Source: the human T2T-CHM13v2.0 reference genome, Homo sapiens. Taken from it: a DNA stretch of 64,000 nt. Location of the stretch: NCBI RefSeq assembly GCF_009914755.1, contig NC_060937.1. One strand, given 5' to 3'. Position 1 is the stretch's first letter. Each line of letters starts with the position of its first letter. Below, in pieces: positions 27,817 to 41,643 of this stretch. Position numbers and translations under genes: made by a program. Below the pieces are notes generated by a model. It was not told the origin of the DNA and did no database searches. It saw nothing but the letters and a program-made list of their open reading frames with translations.

Positions 27817-29233
27817 GACTACCGAATTCCCAGTAGGAATTTCATGTCATCTCTGGTGCTACCCTCATGCTAAGAGGCACCTGGAAGAAGATGCCACTCC
27901 TTAGAACAAAGTGTGCATTTTTAAAAACACTCGGCTAACATTTACTAGCATAATTTATTCCTCTCTAGCAGTAAGATTTTTCTCTTTTCATTTTGTATAG
28001 ATATGGGCAAAATTAATTTGGAACTAATGAACTGGTAATATGTGTACAGGAGTCAATAACTGATAAGCCTTTCTGCTTTGATTACATATTTAATCTTCTG
28101 GGTTTATGATAGCAATTCCAAAGATGGGGGGGAGGAACACACAGCTGTTTAACTTAGGGTTTATTTTCTCCTCTCTCTTTATACTGTTGAGAGTGCCAGA
28201 GATGACAGTAATAGCATTATCTGATTTAATTTCAGTAGCAATCTTTTTAATTTAATAACTCTGATGTCAGCTTCTCTGTCATGTTGCCAAGTTTAATTCC
28301 CACTTCTACACGATTAATACTCTAATGAAGACACTGATTTTAGTGCTAGTATACACTTGTAAAGCTTTGCTCTTCTTAGCTACAACTGAAGCCTCTGCAG
28401 CGAACTATGATAAATTAACCCCACCTAGAGTCCCTATCAGTCACGAGATTAAAAACCATCGAACATTTCCATTTTGCTCTAAAACTTTATTACCATATGG
28501 CACATTTAACATTTTAGTATCTCTTTAATTTCCAAGTATTTTACTCTGCTTCTGGTGATTACTCCCAAACCACTCCACAAAAAGTAAGTGGTCCAGTTTC
28601 TAATTAAACCTCCAGAGAACAAGTGACTTTCCCCTAAGACCGGACTTACCCCATGCCCAACTCAGAATCAACTGAAAACCTTTTTTGTTTCCTAGTCACC
28701 TTCTCCATTAAAGTAAAGAGCATTTACCAAGCACCTACTCTGTAGAGGGTTGTGCTAAACCTGGCTGACACAAGCTAATCACATCCTATTTGTTAAAGTA
28801 CTTCAAATGATTTGCACGTTTTCTATCTACACATAGAACAGTAGGGGGTATCAGGATCCTTTTTAATTCTAAAAGGCATATTGGCCCCTTTTTCTCGTTC
28901 AGATTTATTTAATACAAAGTTTAAAATCAGGGAGAGAAGATCAGTAGAGACTGAAAGTCTGAATAATTCAAGTATGCAGCTGTGGTTGGGAAGTCCAAAA
29001 CACAGCCCAGCTCTCAAAGCGTAAAGCTACATTAGGAAGAGATAAACAAGCCCCCAAATATCTAATTTAACAAAGGTAACAAAAAGGCACTGCCAGCTCT
29101 CTGTGCTAACAATTCAAGGATAAAGGGTGCAAGGAGTGAAGTCCATAGTTCTACCTCTCTGTCCACAGAGATGAACTATGCACCTTGGATCTCCCACCAG
29201 CAACTACAAAAACCTCCCATGGTGATATTGTGA

Positions 29234-29556
<323 letters not shown>

Positions 29557-29899
29557 CTGCCTTTTCCCCAAACTTCTTAACCTCATGATGACTATTAAGA
29601 GCACCAACCAATCTCTTTTCTATACTCAAGGCATGGCAATGAGCTGTTTTTCTTTTATTAACCGTTAGAAGTCATAGTGATTATTTGTTTACAGTGATGG
29701 TCAAAGTTTGTCCTCTTGGGTTTTACAGAAATGACTCCAAGCCAGGCCTTCATTACTTTGTACCTGGATCATGGCAGCAGCCTCCTTGCTGGTCTTCCTT
29801 CCTCAGTCCTCTCCTCCCTTCACCATCCCTTGAGAGAACAGACCTGCAGCCCAGGCATCCTCAGCACCTCTTTTCAGATAACCACATTCCTATTTAAAA

Positions 29900-30295
29900 C
29901 AGAACCAGCCCATGCCCACTCTCAGTCCACGAGGTCCAGGTGTAGATGGCCCTATACGCCACCCTTTCAGGAGAGACGTGAACCTGGTCTAGCCTGTCTG
30001 AAACCAGAGGCTCAATTCTAGGACACTACCTGGGTTTCTGAGAATTGGATGTAGGCCTGGAGCTTCTAGCCATCAGCTTAGTGCTGGAGAAAGGCACCTC
30101 CCTGAGAAAGGAGCTGGCACAGAGATGGTAAGAAGAGACCCATAAATCGTGACTTTGCCAGAGCCCCTGGATCCAGCAGGCTGAAAGCCAGGCTATCTTT
30201 GGTCTTCAGTAACTTGAGCCAATAAATTCTTTTTTGATCCAACTACTTTGAATTGGGTTTTTGTCACGTGCAGCTGAAACGGTCATGCCTGACAC
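29900..30295 (+). mobile_element. Old MLT1 (J/K-like) LTR fragment
   Basis: gagcccctggatccagc...tgagccaataaattcttttt...ttgaattgggtttttgtcac. Confidence 0.7.
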
Positions 30296-30559
30296 AATCA
30301 CACACATTGTTGACATGACACTCTTACTTGAGAATCCTTCTGTTGTGCTATTTTGTCCAGGATTCTAGAAAGTTTCCTGCAAAATCCAAATGAGTTTATT
30401 CTTTTTTTTTTTAATCAAACTCCTCTCTCTTACCAGTTGGGTCCTTTTTACCCCCAGATAAGCCAGTTTCTCTCTGTCTTGACCCCCAAGGTCCTGCCTC
30501 AGTATGTTTCTTCAAACCCTTCATCATCTCACTTTCCAGGTATAAGCCCTTTGCATTTT

Positions 30560-30947
30560 GCTTTTTTTATTTTATTGGGGTTGTTTGTTTATTTTTTTTG
30601 TTTGTTTTATTTTGAGACAGGGTCTCGCTCTGTTGCCCAGGCTGGAGTGCAGTGGTGGTGCAATCACAGCTCACTGCAGCCTCGACTTCCTGGGCTCAAG
30701 ATCCTTCCACTTCAGCCTCCCAAGTAGCTGGGACTATAGGTGCATGCCATCATGCCTGGCTAATTTTTTATTTTGTGTCTGGGACTATAGGTGCATGCCA
30801 CCATGCCTGGATAAATTTTTATTTTGTGTAGAGATGAGGTCTCTCTATGTGGCCCAGACTGCTCTCAAATTCCTGGGCTCAAGCGATCCTCCCACCTCCC
30901 AGACTCCCAAAGTTCTGGCATTATAGGCATAAGCCACCATGCCCGGC
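30560..30947 (-). mobile_element. AluJ with internal 51-bp tandem duplication
   Basis: ctgggactataggtgcatgcca.catgcctgg.taa.tttttattttgtgt repeated at 30728 and 30779. Confidence 0.95.
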
Positions 30948-31269
30948 CCCCATCTCAATTCTTCTTTCTACTTCCATCGGCACTAGCTCATTTCCTGTAC
31001 TCCTTATTATGCACCTGCTGATAGATTAACAAGGATGTCATTCCCTCAATTAAATTATAAATTTCTTAAGAAAAGGACCATGAATTGTATATTAAATGTT
31101 CTCAAACCTTTTAAAATGTATACTACGCCTCTTGATAAGTATAAAAATTTGACACCTCTTTTAATTTCAAAATAAATTAAGTATTCTGACCAAAAGCAAA
31201 CCCAGTATTTCACATAGTATTAAACATAAATTAAACTTGGACAAGAAATTTGGATTGTGTCTCTCAGAC

Positions 31270-31445
31270 CAGTGATTTTCAGATTTGAGTGAGCATGAGA
31301 ATCACCTGGAAAACTTAGGAAAACACAGATTGCTGGGCTCTACCTCCACAATTTGTTTTTCAGTAAGTCTGGGGTGGGGCGTGACAATGTGAATTTCTAA
31401 CACATTCCCAAGTGATGTTGATGCTCTCCTTTGGGGACCACTGCC
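31270..31445. mobile_element. MER5A-like MITE
   Basis: cagtgattttcag...gaatcacctgga...cagattgctgggc...tttctaacacattcccaagtgatg. Confidence 0.85.
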
Positions 31446-32705
31446 CTGGAGTCTCATCCTTTCCTCTATCTTAGTTGTTGAGAAAAGTGTGGGCGCCTTT
31501 GAGGTCTAGATTCAGAAGCCCACATCATAGGTGCCCGATCAGTTCTGTTATTCCCGGTGTTGTTATATTTGCTGTTAGCAACAGGAAGTCGGTGTCTAAA
31601 GCTGGACTAGTAAGCAGGCCTTTTGATTCCCAGTCCAGGGTTCTTTGAACTCTGCCACAATACCTCCTATGTGGATACACCATTCAGTATAGTGCCAGCC
31701 TCTCACGCTATCCTTTCTCGTATCTTATTCTATTACTTTGCGCTACAGTGTTTGAAATTATCTTTCTCTAAACAGCCCAGAATTTTTTTTTACATCATAG
31801 AATGTATTTTTTCCTTCTGCCTCCCGAATTCAATTAAAATTCAATGTTTAGAGAGTCTGTGCTTTAAAAGAAATTAGACAATGGGCTTAAACTTGCTCCA
31901 TTACCTTCCCCCCTAACAATTATTTACAATTTTCCTACAAAACATATTGAGGCTTCCCCCCAGGCTCTATCTATGGGATTCTCAACTTTATTGACACTGT
32001 TGAGGATGGTTATTTGTGGCATTTCACAAAAAAAGAGGGGTTGGGGGTGGGTGAGGTATGGAGAAACAAGATTCATGAGTTGAAATGTTTTCTCTCCATT
32101 TACCCCATGGAGAGGGCAGGCTGGAACCCCTGCTCTTAGTGTGGTCATGGAGTTTCTAAAGAGACATCAACCATGTGTTCAAAAGCTTGACAAGAGGCTG
32201 GCCCAGAGCGAACCAGGGCAGAGAAGCATGAGGCTAAGAAAAAGAGGAGCCAAGAGTCAAGCAATTAACATTTTTTCCATGCTTCACTATAATTAGCCAG
32301 ATCAAAGGGGACCTGGGCTCACAGATTTCACCAGGCCACATGACTCTCGCAGGACAGTGAGCCAAGGGCCCAGGAGGTCTGCAGTACAACTAATTGTTCA
32401 TGGGCAGAACTCTGTTTTCTTGTAAATCACTCTCTTGTGGATTCCTTATCACTTGTTCTGATTCTGAAGTGCCACACTGGGGAAAATCCCCAGGCCCTAC
32501 ATGGCTCCCATTTACAGTGTTTGCTGTGTGTGTCACAGATGGTGCACAAACACCTCAAAATGGCCTTGCCAGGAAGGCTCTGAGGCTAGAGGTTAAGTAG
32601 CTTGGCCAATGCCTGACTGCTAGGAAGTGGCAGAAACTGAACTCAGATTTTTCAAAAAATCAGTGATTCGCAAATGCTCCTCCTGATCATACAAGAGTCA
32701 ACTCA

Positions 32706-33022
<317 letters not shown>

Positions 33023-33254
33023 TACGTTTTGAGCTAGTAAGTCCAGGGTGAGGGTGAAGCTGGAACACAGGATCTTTAAAAAGCCCCAAGTGATTCTATT
33101 TTCCCTCAGGTTTGGTAAACCAGTATCAAAAGTTAAAAGACCATTTGTGGAACTCCCAACATACTAAACACAGAAACTCCATTTAATGGGACTTTTACAG
33201 ATTCCTTAACATGACAGTCTCTTCTAGTCTTTTCCAGAGTAATAAATACATTTT

Positions 33255-33450
33255 CTTTTTTAAATTTGTATTTATTATTGTTGTATCTTATTTATTTATT
33301 TTAGAGACAAGGTCTTGCTCTGTCACCCAGGTTTGAGGGCAGTGGTGCGATCATAGCTTATGGCAGACTCAAACTACTGGGTTCAAGCAGTCCTCCCACC
33401 TTGGCCTTCCAAAGTGCTGGGATTACAGCCACAAGCCACCACACCTAGCC
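33255..33450 (-). mobile_element. Alu monomer (FRAM/FAM-like)
   Basis: gagacaaggtcttgctctgtcacccagg...ccaaagtgctgggattacag. Confidence 0.85.
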
Positions 33451-33479
33451 AATAAATGCATTTTCAATTACAATCCATA

Positions 33480-34070
33480 CATATGTGAGTCCTATGCCCA
33501 GAACTCTGGGTGGTTCCAAGCTGCACTCAGAACAGCCAGAATGCTTACAGTGACTTATAAATGCTACCTGACCCGGCACCCTCAACCACTGGACACATCG
33601 CTCCCTCCCTCATTCCTCACAAAGGCACTAGCCTCCCAGCCATTCTACAGACATTCTAGGAATTCCCACCTTTGTGCCTTTGCACTGACTGTTCCCTCTG
33701 CCTCTAACACGTTTCTTCCAGATATCCACATGGTCAACTCTCTTGCCTCCTGTCTCTGATCAAACAGCAGCTCAATAAGGCCTACCTGACCATTTTATTA
33801 ATATCTAAAATTGCAACCATCCCCCCCACATACTACCATAACTCCCAATCCCCTCCTGCCACTTTGTTTCTTTTTGCCATAGCACAATCAGCTTCTAACA
33901 TACCACACAATTTACTTATTGTGCTAATTATTATTTATCTTTCCCACTACAGAGAAAGCTCCATGAGGCCAAGGATTTTTGTCAGTCTAATGATGTATCC
34001 CAAGCACCTAGAACAGTGCTTGGTATGCAGTAGGTGCTCAATATTTGTTGAATTAATGAATATAATTGAA
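33480..34070 (+). mobile_element. L2 3' fragment
   Basis: tttgcactgactgttccctctgcct ... cctagaacagtgcttggtatgcagtaggtgctcaatatttgttgaattaatgaa (L2 3' end). Confidence 0.85.
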
Positions 34071-34424
34071 AGAAATTTTACACAATACGTAACCTTACTA
34101 TGTCTGTACACTGATATTCTCTATCCAATTCTATTCAAATTTACTTTATTAAGTCTTGGCTGCAACTCACTAGTAGGTCACCCACAGTTTGACAAGCAGA
34201 CTTATTTTGCCAAAAACTTGCTGAATGCCTATTTAGGGCCCAGATCAATTTCCCAGAATGTGCCTTTTGACAAGTCAAATACAAAAAGCTTCCTCCAAAA
34301 GTTCTCGAAGAGTCTAACAATTAAACATGCTGGCAGACCATGTATAAATAAGAAAGATGATAACATGGTAAAATTAGAAGTTTTGGTATATCATTCCATT
34401 GCCAAAAATGTTAGCTTTGATAGT

Positions 34425-34468
34425 GCCATCACTTTTAATGGCAAAAATTGCTTTTGCACCAACCTAAA
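34425..34468. mobile_element. MADE1 (mariner MITE) fragment
   Basis: tgccatcacttttaatggcaaaaattgcttttgcaccaacctaa matches the right half of MADE1. Confidence 0.85.
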
Positions 34469-34800
34469 TAATAAATATATGACTGTGGTGAGGCAAGGCA
34501 TCAGTGAGTCACCGGAAGGATCACTAACATGTTTTAAATTATATTAATATATCTGTAGCACAGAATAATGTTTTAAAGCATATAGTTTAATCACAATGTT
34601 TTATAAATTTTCCTTTCAAAACTTAAATGGGAAGGACTGGTATTATTTCAGATTAATAAATCCAGATGAATAAGATTAGTAGATCCAACATTATCATTAA
34701 TGACCAAATATTTGTAGTTATATCTTATGGGATCTTAAATCTTTTCTTTAATCTTAATTCGACTGCATATTTCAGAATTTAAATTAGAAGATTTCCTCGC

Positions 34801-35180
34801 TGTATTAGTTTACTAGAGCTCACATATGAAGTATCACACACTGGGTGGCTTAAACAACAAACATTCTTTTCCCACAGTTCTGGAGGCTGGAAGTCCAAGA
34901 TCAAGATGCTGGCAGGTTTGGTTTCTCCGGAGGCCTCTCTCCTTGGCTGGCATTGCAGGTGGTCCCCTTCTTGCTCATCCTACATGGTCCTTCCCTCTGT
35001 ACTTGTCTGTATCCTACTCTCCTCTTCTACTAAGGACACCAGTTACATTGGATTAAGGCCCTCTCTAATGACTTCATTTTAACTTAATTAACTTTTTAAA
35101 GACTATCTGCAAATACAGTCACATTCTGAGGTACTGAAGGTTAGTGCTGTCACACATGAAACTGGGGAGGAAACCCCACA
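34801..35180 (-). mobile_element. MLT1B/C-type LTR
   Basis: tgtattagttt...ctgggtggcttaaacaaca...cagttctggaggctggaagtccaagatcaag...aatacagtcacattctgaggtact. Confidence 0.88.
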
Positions 35181-35799
35181 CTTCTAATTCTAGTACTTAT
35201 GCTCAGGAATAAGCATATTCCCCTACATCTTTGCCTGCTGTCATATATGCTGCCAAAACCGCAGAGGAAATTGTATAATGTCATTTTCAATGTACATGAC
35301 CTTCCTGAAATAAATAAAAATGACCTGGCTCATTACATAAATGAATGAATTAAAATGAATTTAACTACAACTACAATTTCTAGTTTTTTCCATCGACTAG
35401 GAAAGATGAAAGGACTTGTATGTTCCCCCAAAGCTTAGGCTTCTTTCCTAGATCTTTCATTTTAGATTCATTTACACAAACACACCTTTTTCTCTTAAAC
35501 ATTCTTCTCTGGGAATTGACGCAAACGCAAAAGAGAAAGGAAGGGAGGACCAGTCAACCATTCCAGGAGGAAACGTGAGGTCAAGAGAATGGTTTAACAT
35601 CAATCAGGTATAGATGTTATCAGCATGAAAACATCCTCAGAATCACTGCTATTTCCACATTCTAGAGAGCGGAATCGGAGTAGAAGACAGTTGTCAGTAG
35701 AATCTCAGTGGAACTCAGAACATAATTGATGTCAGGAATCTGTCAACTCAAACATTCACTGAAGGCCTACTACGCATAAGGAATTGCGCAAGACCCCAG

Positions 35800-36160
35800 A
35801 GGAGGTTGAGTGACAAACTACTGAAAGAAATGAGGATTATGTTACTTGGTGGAGGAAAAGAGAACTTCAGAGGAGATACGAGAACTGTCTAAAAAAAAAA
35901 AACACATGAAGGGCTTCCTGGCAGAAACAGATTTGATTTATCCTCAGAGGCTCCAGAAGGCAGAGTTTAATCAACTAGTTCAATTCCTGAGAGGCTGATT
36001 TTGGCTAAAAGAAGGATGAATTTTCTGATATAACTATCCAGTAACAGTGAGGTAGCAAGTTCCTTCTCACCGAATGTGTCAAACAAGGTTTGGGGGTGCT
36101 GTGGAGGGATTCACAGGTGAGACAGAGAATAGCTGACTCTCTTGGTTCCTTCTAAAGCTG
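35800..36160. mobile_element. Possible L3/CR1 fragment
   Basis: gaagggcttcctggcagaaacagatttgatttatcctcagaggctccagaaggcagag resembles CR1/L3 3' sequence. Confidence 0.4.
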
Positions 36161-37883
36161 AGAAACTTCATTAGGTCTGTACCCACTACAGATTTCCAGT
36201 GATAGAGTGAAGGGTATTATCCACTTTTATACATTTTCTAAATGACATTTTGTCTATATTACAAATGAAAATATTATCCTCTAAACAAGGATGCATTATC
36301 TTACTGCCACAGAGGAGCTATCAATAATTTCTCAGTCCTCATCATTTATTATAAAGGATCTGCGGAACATCTCTCCTTTTAACCTCTGACCACTCAACTC
36401 AGATAAAGCCTGCATTCAAAACTGATCACCTTGTCATGCAGGTGATCAAGCAAGAACTATCTCTTTTTACAGACAAAACAGCCCCAAGTATAATAATATG
36501 GTTTTATACTACACTATGATCTTTTACATTACTTCCTTACAATAACAGTTTCTAGGGAACAATATGATTTCCAATATTCAGCTCTGGCTTCTGTGGACGT
36601 AATATTCTGTGATCAACAGTGCGGTTAATAGATGTGATTAGGAAAACAAGAAGAGGCTACCATAAAAATGTATGTGAAAGAGCACCTGAGGGTCCCGCTG
36701 CTAATTCCTTGGCCAAGTTCTTAACAAGGGGTGAGGATCCTAATGGTGTTCAGTGATGAATACGAAGACCAACTGTGAGAAAGGACCTCAGAGAAGATAG
36801 TAAACATTTGTCAAAGTTGAGTCCCATGGGATTTCACGCTCTTCTGAGCAGTGGAAACCAAAATCACCTAATTTTCTATCCAGCCAGGCTAGGATGATGA
36901 TCCACAGTGAGAAACATTTCACACTAAAGTCATTTATTTTATTTTATTTCATTTCATTTTTTGCTTGTGACCCCTAAATTAATAAGGGCCACCGCCACTC
37001 AGCAGCTTAATCAACAGAGCTCCATCATTCTGTCAGCTCCTTAAGAAGCATAAGAAAGCAAGTCAGGGTGGGAAAGGGTTGAATGGCAGAGAAGGAAGGA
37101 GGTGGGATAGGGAGGTGGGGGGGAAGGTGTGGAAAAATAATGTGAGATCTCACATATAAGCTAAAGCTGAGGCAGCTATGTAATTATAAAGCTAGCTTTT
37201 CTTTCACTTGACAGCACAAGAAAAGGAGGTGAAGATAAGCTTTTAAATGAAACATGACATTCCCTTATTAAATTCTGATTTCTATTTTAAATGGCTTAGT
37301 GCTTTGAGTTTACTTCCACACTCTGAGCTAGCCAAGAAGGAGATGTTTAATGGAAAGAAAAACTGCGAATTTTTTTGAACAGTGCATGCATGTTTCTAAA
37401 CAAGTTTGTATAAACACGTTTGTGCTTATAAAAGCTGTTCGGGTTATCCAAGCAATAGTTGGCCACCTTTTGGTAAACATAAATGCATTCTAGCTTACTG
37501 GGAAAATGCAAGGTATGCCTTTTGTTTAAAAATAACATGATGCGTAATGTGTGCAATGCATTAAGAATTTATTGCCCATTTCTGCTTCAGTTCCTCTCCA
37601 TCACGGGTAGCCAACAGAAGCTACACGTCCTTACAAGCAGTGCTCTGTGGCCCACATGAAATCAGGCCATTGCATGCTAGGACCTGTAGACCCCAGACAG
37701 GAGGGAAGCTGCAGTGCATTTCCTGTGCCGTCAGAGGTCTAGCAAGTTTGGGGTTTTATTTTCCCTCTCACAGAAAAAGATAAACATTCTTGCTGCTTCT
37801 CTCTACATCACATCCACTTTAACACCCCCTCCCATCTCAAAGGACTGCAGGCATTTCTCCCCAAAGTATGTGGGAAATGCCCC

Positions 37884-38150
37884 AAATTGCTGCAGTTTGT
37901 ATCTGCTTGTCAAATACCATCAGTAATATTCATAATAATGCCAAATATTGAAATTGCTGCAGTTTGTATCTGCTTGTCAAATACCATCAGTAATATTCAT
38001 AATAATGCCAAATATTGAAATTGCTGCAGTTTGTATCTGCTTGTCAAATACCATCAGTAATATTCATAATAATGCCAAATATTGAAATTGCTGCAGTTTG
38101 TATCTGCTTGTCAAATACCATCAGTAATATTCATAATAATACCAAATATT
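37884..38150. repeat. 67-bp minisatellite, 4 near-identical copies
   Basis: Units start at 37884, 37951, 38018, 38085; copy 4 has one internal substitution (accaaa vs gccaaa). Confidence 0.98.
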
Positions 38151-38335
38151 TTTTGAGCAATCTGCTTATAGAAAAATAGTTTTACCTACAGTATCTGAGT
38201 ATGTGGTAGATATTATTAACTTCATTTTACAGAAAAGAAAAACTGAGTTCAGAGAGGCTATGCAGTTTATCCACAGGTACACAGCAAGTAAATGATAAAT
38301 CCAAGATTTGTCTCTGATTTCAAGTCCAGGCTTTA
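38150..38335. mobile_element. MIR SINE
   Basis: cattttacagaaaagaaaaactgagttcagagaggctatgcagtttatccacaggtacacagc. Confidence 0.75.
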
Positions 38336-38340
38336 TCTTG

Positions 38341-38472
38341 CCTCCCCTCCCTTCCTTCCTTCCTTCCTTCCTTCCTCCCTTCTTTCCTTCCCTCCCTCCC
38401 TCCCATTTCTTTCTCTTTTCCTTCCTTCCCTTTTTTTCTCCCCTCCCCTTTCTTTTCCCTCTTTTTCTTTTT
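38341..38472. repeat. (CCTT)n / polypyrimidine low-complexity tract
   Basis: cctcccctcccttccttccttccttcc... about 130 nt almost purely C/T. Confidence 0.95.
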
Positions 38473-38498
38473 AATAGTGTTATTAAGTTGTAATTTAC

Positions 38499-38797
<299 letters not shown>

Positions 38798-38799
38798 TA

Positions 38800-39990
38800 A
38801 TTTACATATAATTACATTAACATACCTGAAGTACACAATTGATAAATTTTGATGCACATACAATGACAAAACCATCACCACAATTAAGATAATAAGTATA
38901 TCTATTACCTGATCACATTTCCTCATACTACTTTGTAATTTCTTCCTCCCCGATTCCATTCTATACTCCCCATCCTAGAAAACCATCCATCTGCTTTCTT
39001 TCACAATTGATCTGTTTGAATTTTCAAGAATTTTATATTAATGGAATCATACAGTATGTACTCTTTTTGTTTTGCTTCTTTCACTCAGCATAATTATTTT
39101 GAGATTTATCTGCATTGTTGCATGTATTATAAATTCATTCCTTTTCACTGGTAAATAATATTCCAGTGTATGGATATATCCCAATATTGTTTATCAGTTC
39201 ACCTACTGATGGACATCTTCATTGTTTCCAGTTTGGGGCTAATAGCATTCCTAGAAATATAGCAACTAACAAAACTCATACACAACTCTTTATATGAATA
39301 CATGCTCTCATTTCTCTTTAGTAGATACCTATGAATGGACTGGCTCGGGTAATACAGTATATATGTATTTAACTTTTTAAAGAAGTTGCCAAATTGTTTT
39401 CTAAAATGGTTGTACCATTTTACATTGCCACCAGCAGTGTATGAAACTCCCAGTTGATCCACATTCTCATTTATGCTTCGTATGGTTAGTCTTTTTAACT
39501 TTAGTCATTCTAGTAAGCACTGAATGGTATCTCACGGTGGTTTTAATTTGCATTTCCTAAATGATAAATGATGGTGAACATCTTTTTATGTGGTTATTTG
39601 CCATCCATGAAACGATGGTGAACATCTTCTCATGTGGGTATTTGCCATCCATATATTTGTCCAAACATTTTGCCCATTTTTAATTGCATTGTTTTCTTAT
39701 TATCAAGTTTTGAATATTTTTAAATAATTTGGATACAAATCCTTTATCGGGTATGTGATTTGCAAATAGTCATTCATTTTTTTTTCTTTTATCCATCACA
39801 CCTTTAATGTCATATCTAAGAAATCTTAGCCTAACACGAGGTCATAAATATTTCCTTTTTCTCTTTTCTTCTAGAAGTTTTATAGTTGGGGTTTGAGATT
39901 TAGGAACATACTACGGTTCAGATTAACTCTGGATTAAGGTATGTGCTGAAGTTGGTTTAAGGTATGCGCTGAAGTTTTTTTTTGTATATG
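38800..39990 (-). mobile_element. L1M (L1MB/ME-type) 3' fragment
   Basis: aatggaatcatacagtatgta, cttctttcactcagcataa, ggttgtaccattttacattgccaccagcagtgtatga, tttaatttgcatttcc; internal 44-bp duplication at 39570/39614. Confidence 0.9.
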
Positions 39991-40088
39991 CCTATTTTTA
40001 AATTTGATTTTTTTATTTTGCTATTTTATATTTCTTTTAAAAAATTTTTTGGACTATTTTAAAGCTTTCTTCTATTCCAGTATTATCA

Positions 40089-40430
<342 letters not shown>

Positions 40431-41344
40431 ACTACAACTGGCATGAACCAGACGATATAAAAGTAACAATTTACAGATTACAAGAAATAAAATAGGCTCT
40501 AAGACAGAAACTCACGGTGCTCAAAGAGAATCCTGCAGGAAGACTGAATCCCACTCAATTGCCCATCTGCTGATGGTTACTGACTGCTCTGCAGATGGTA
40601 ACAATGAGGCGTAATGATAAATATGCATTGCTCTGGAGTCCTATACAATCAAAGCACTTCACGTGAGAGTAAAAACTAATTAAACATTGCAGCACCACCC
40701 ACTGAAGGTAGAGTTAAATCTGTCAAATTATATATTCTGAGCAGCACTGGTTTATAAGAAAGATTCACCAAGTTTCCTTTATTTTTTTGTCCTTAATTAT
40801 AAAACCTGTTTTCACCTGACACTTTTCCAGCAGTGTAACTTTTGCCCTGGGGCAAACTGAGGTGGCGATGTCTGTAGTAACTGCCAAGAGAGCTGTTTGT
40901 TTCTCCCCAGGGGTAGGTCATTAGAAACTGAAAGTCCAGAACCAATTTTCTCCAGCTGCTGCAGGTGTTTTACTTTTAGCATTGTGGGGTGGGGATAGCA
41001 GATGCCTGAGAAACTATAGTGTTTTACATAAGTCTGAAATCATTGGATCTATAACCTCAGTTCTTCAACAAACCTTATGTCAATCAAGAGATCAGAACAC
41101 ATCTTTCTAGAAAGAGAAAACACACACACACACAATGGAGAAGCAGGTAGAAAGTCAGGAGTTACAGAACTAGCTAAATGGAAATATTACAGAAATTTAC
41201 AGAAGTGGACAACTTTGCTTCCTGAGTGAAAAAGTTATATAAAACAAAATAAAACAAAAAATAATTGAAGAGGAAAACTACAGTTTGAAATATACAACTT
41301 AAACCTGAAATTAAATTACTGGTATTTGTAATCATTACTTTAAA

Positions 41345-41643
<299 letters not shown>

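Noticed and set aside
34425-34468. miR-548-type hairpin
   Set aside because: Only about half of the MADE1 palindrome remains
33864-34547. Longest ORF (227 aa)
   Set aside because: TTG start, runs through an L2 3' end and a MADE1 fragment; no recognisable domain
37884-38150. CRISPR-like array
   Set aside because: Head-to-tail identical units with no unique spacers, in primate DNA; it is a minisatellite
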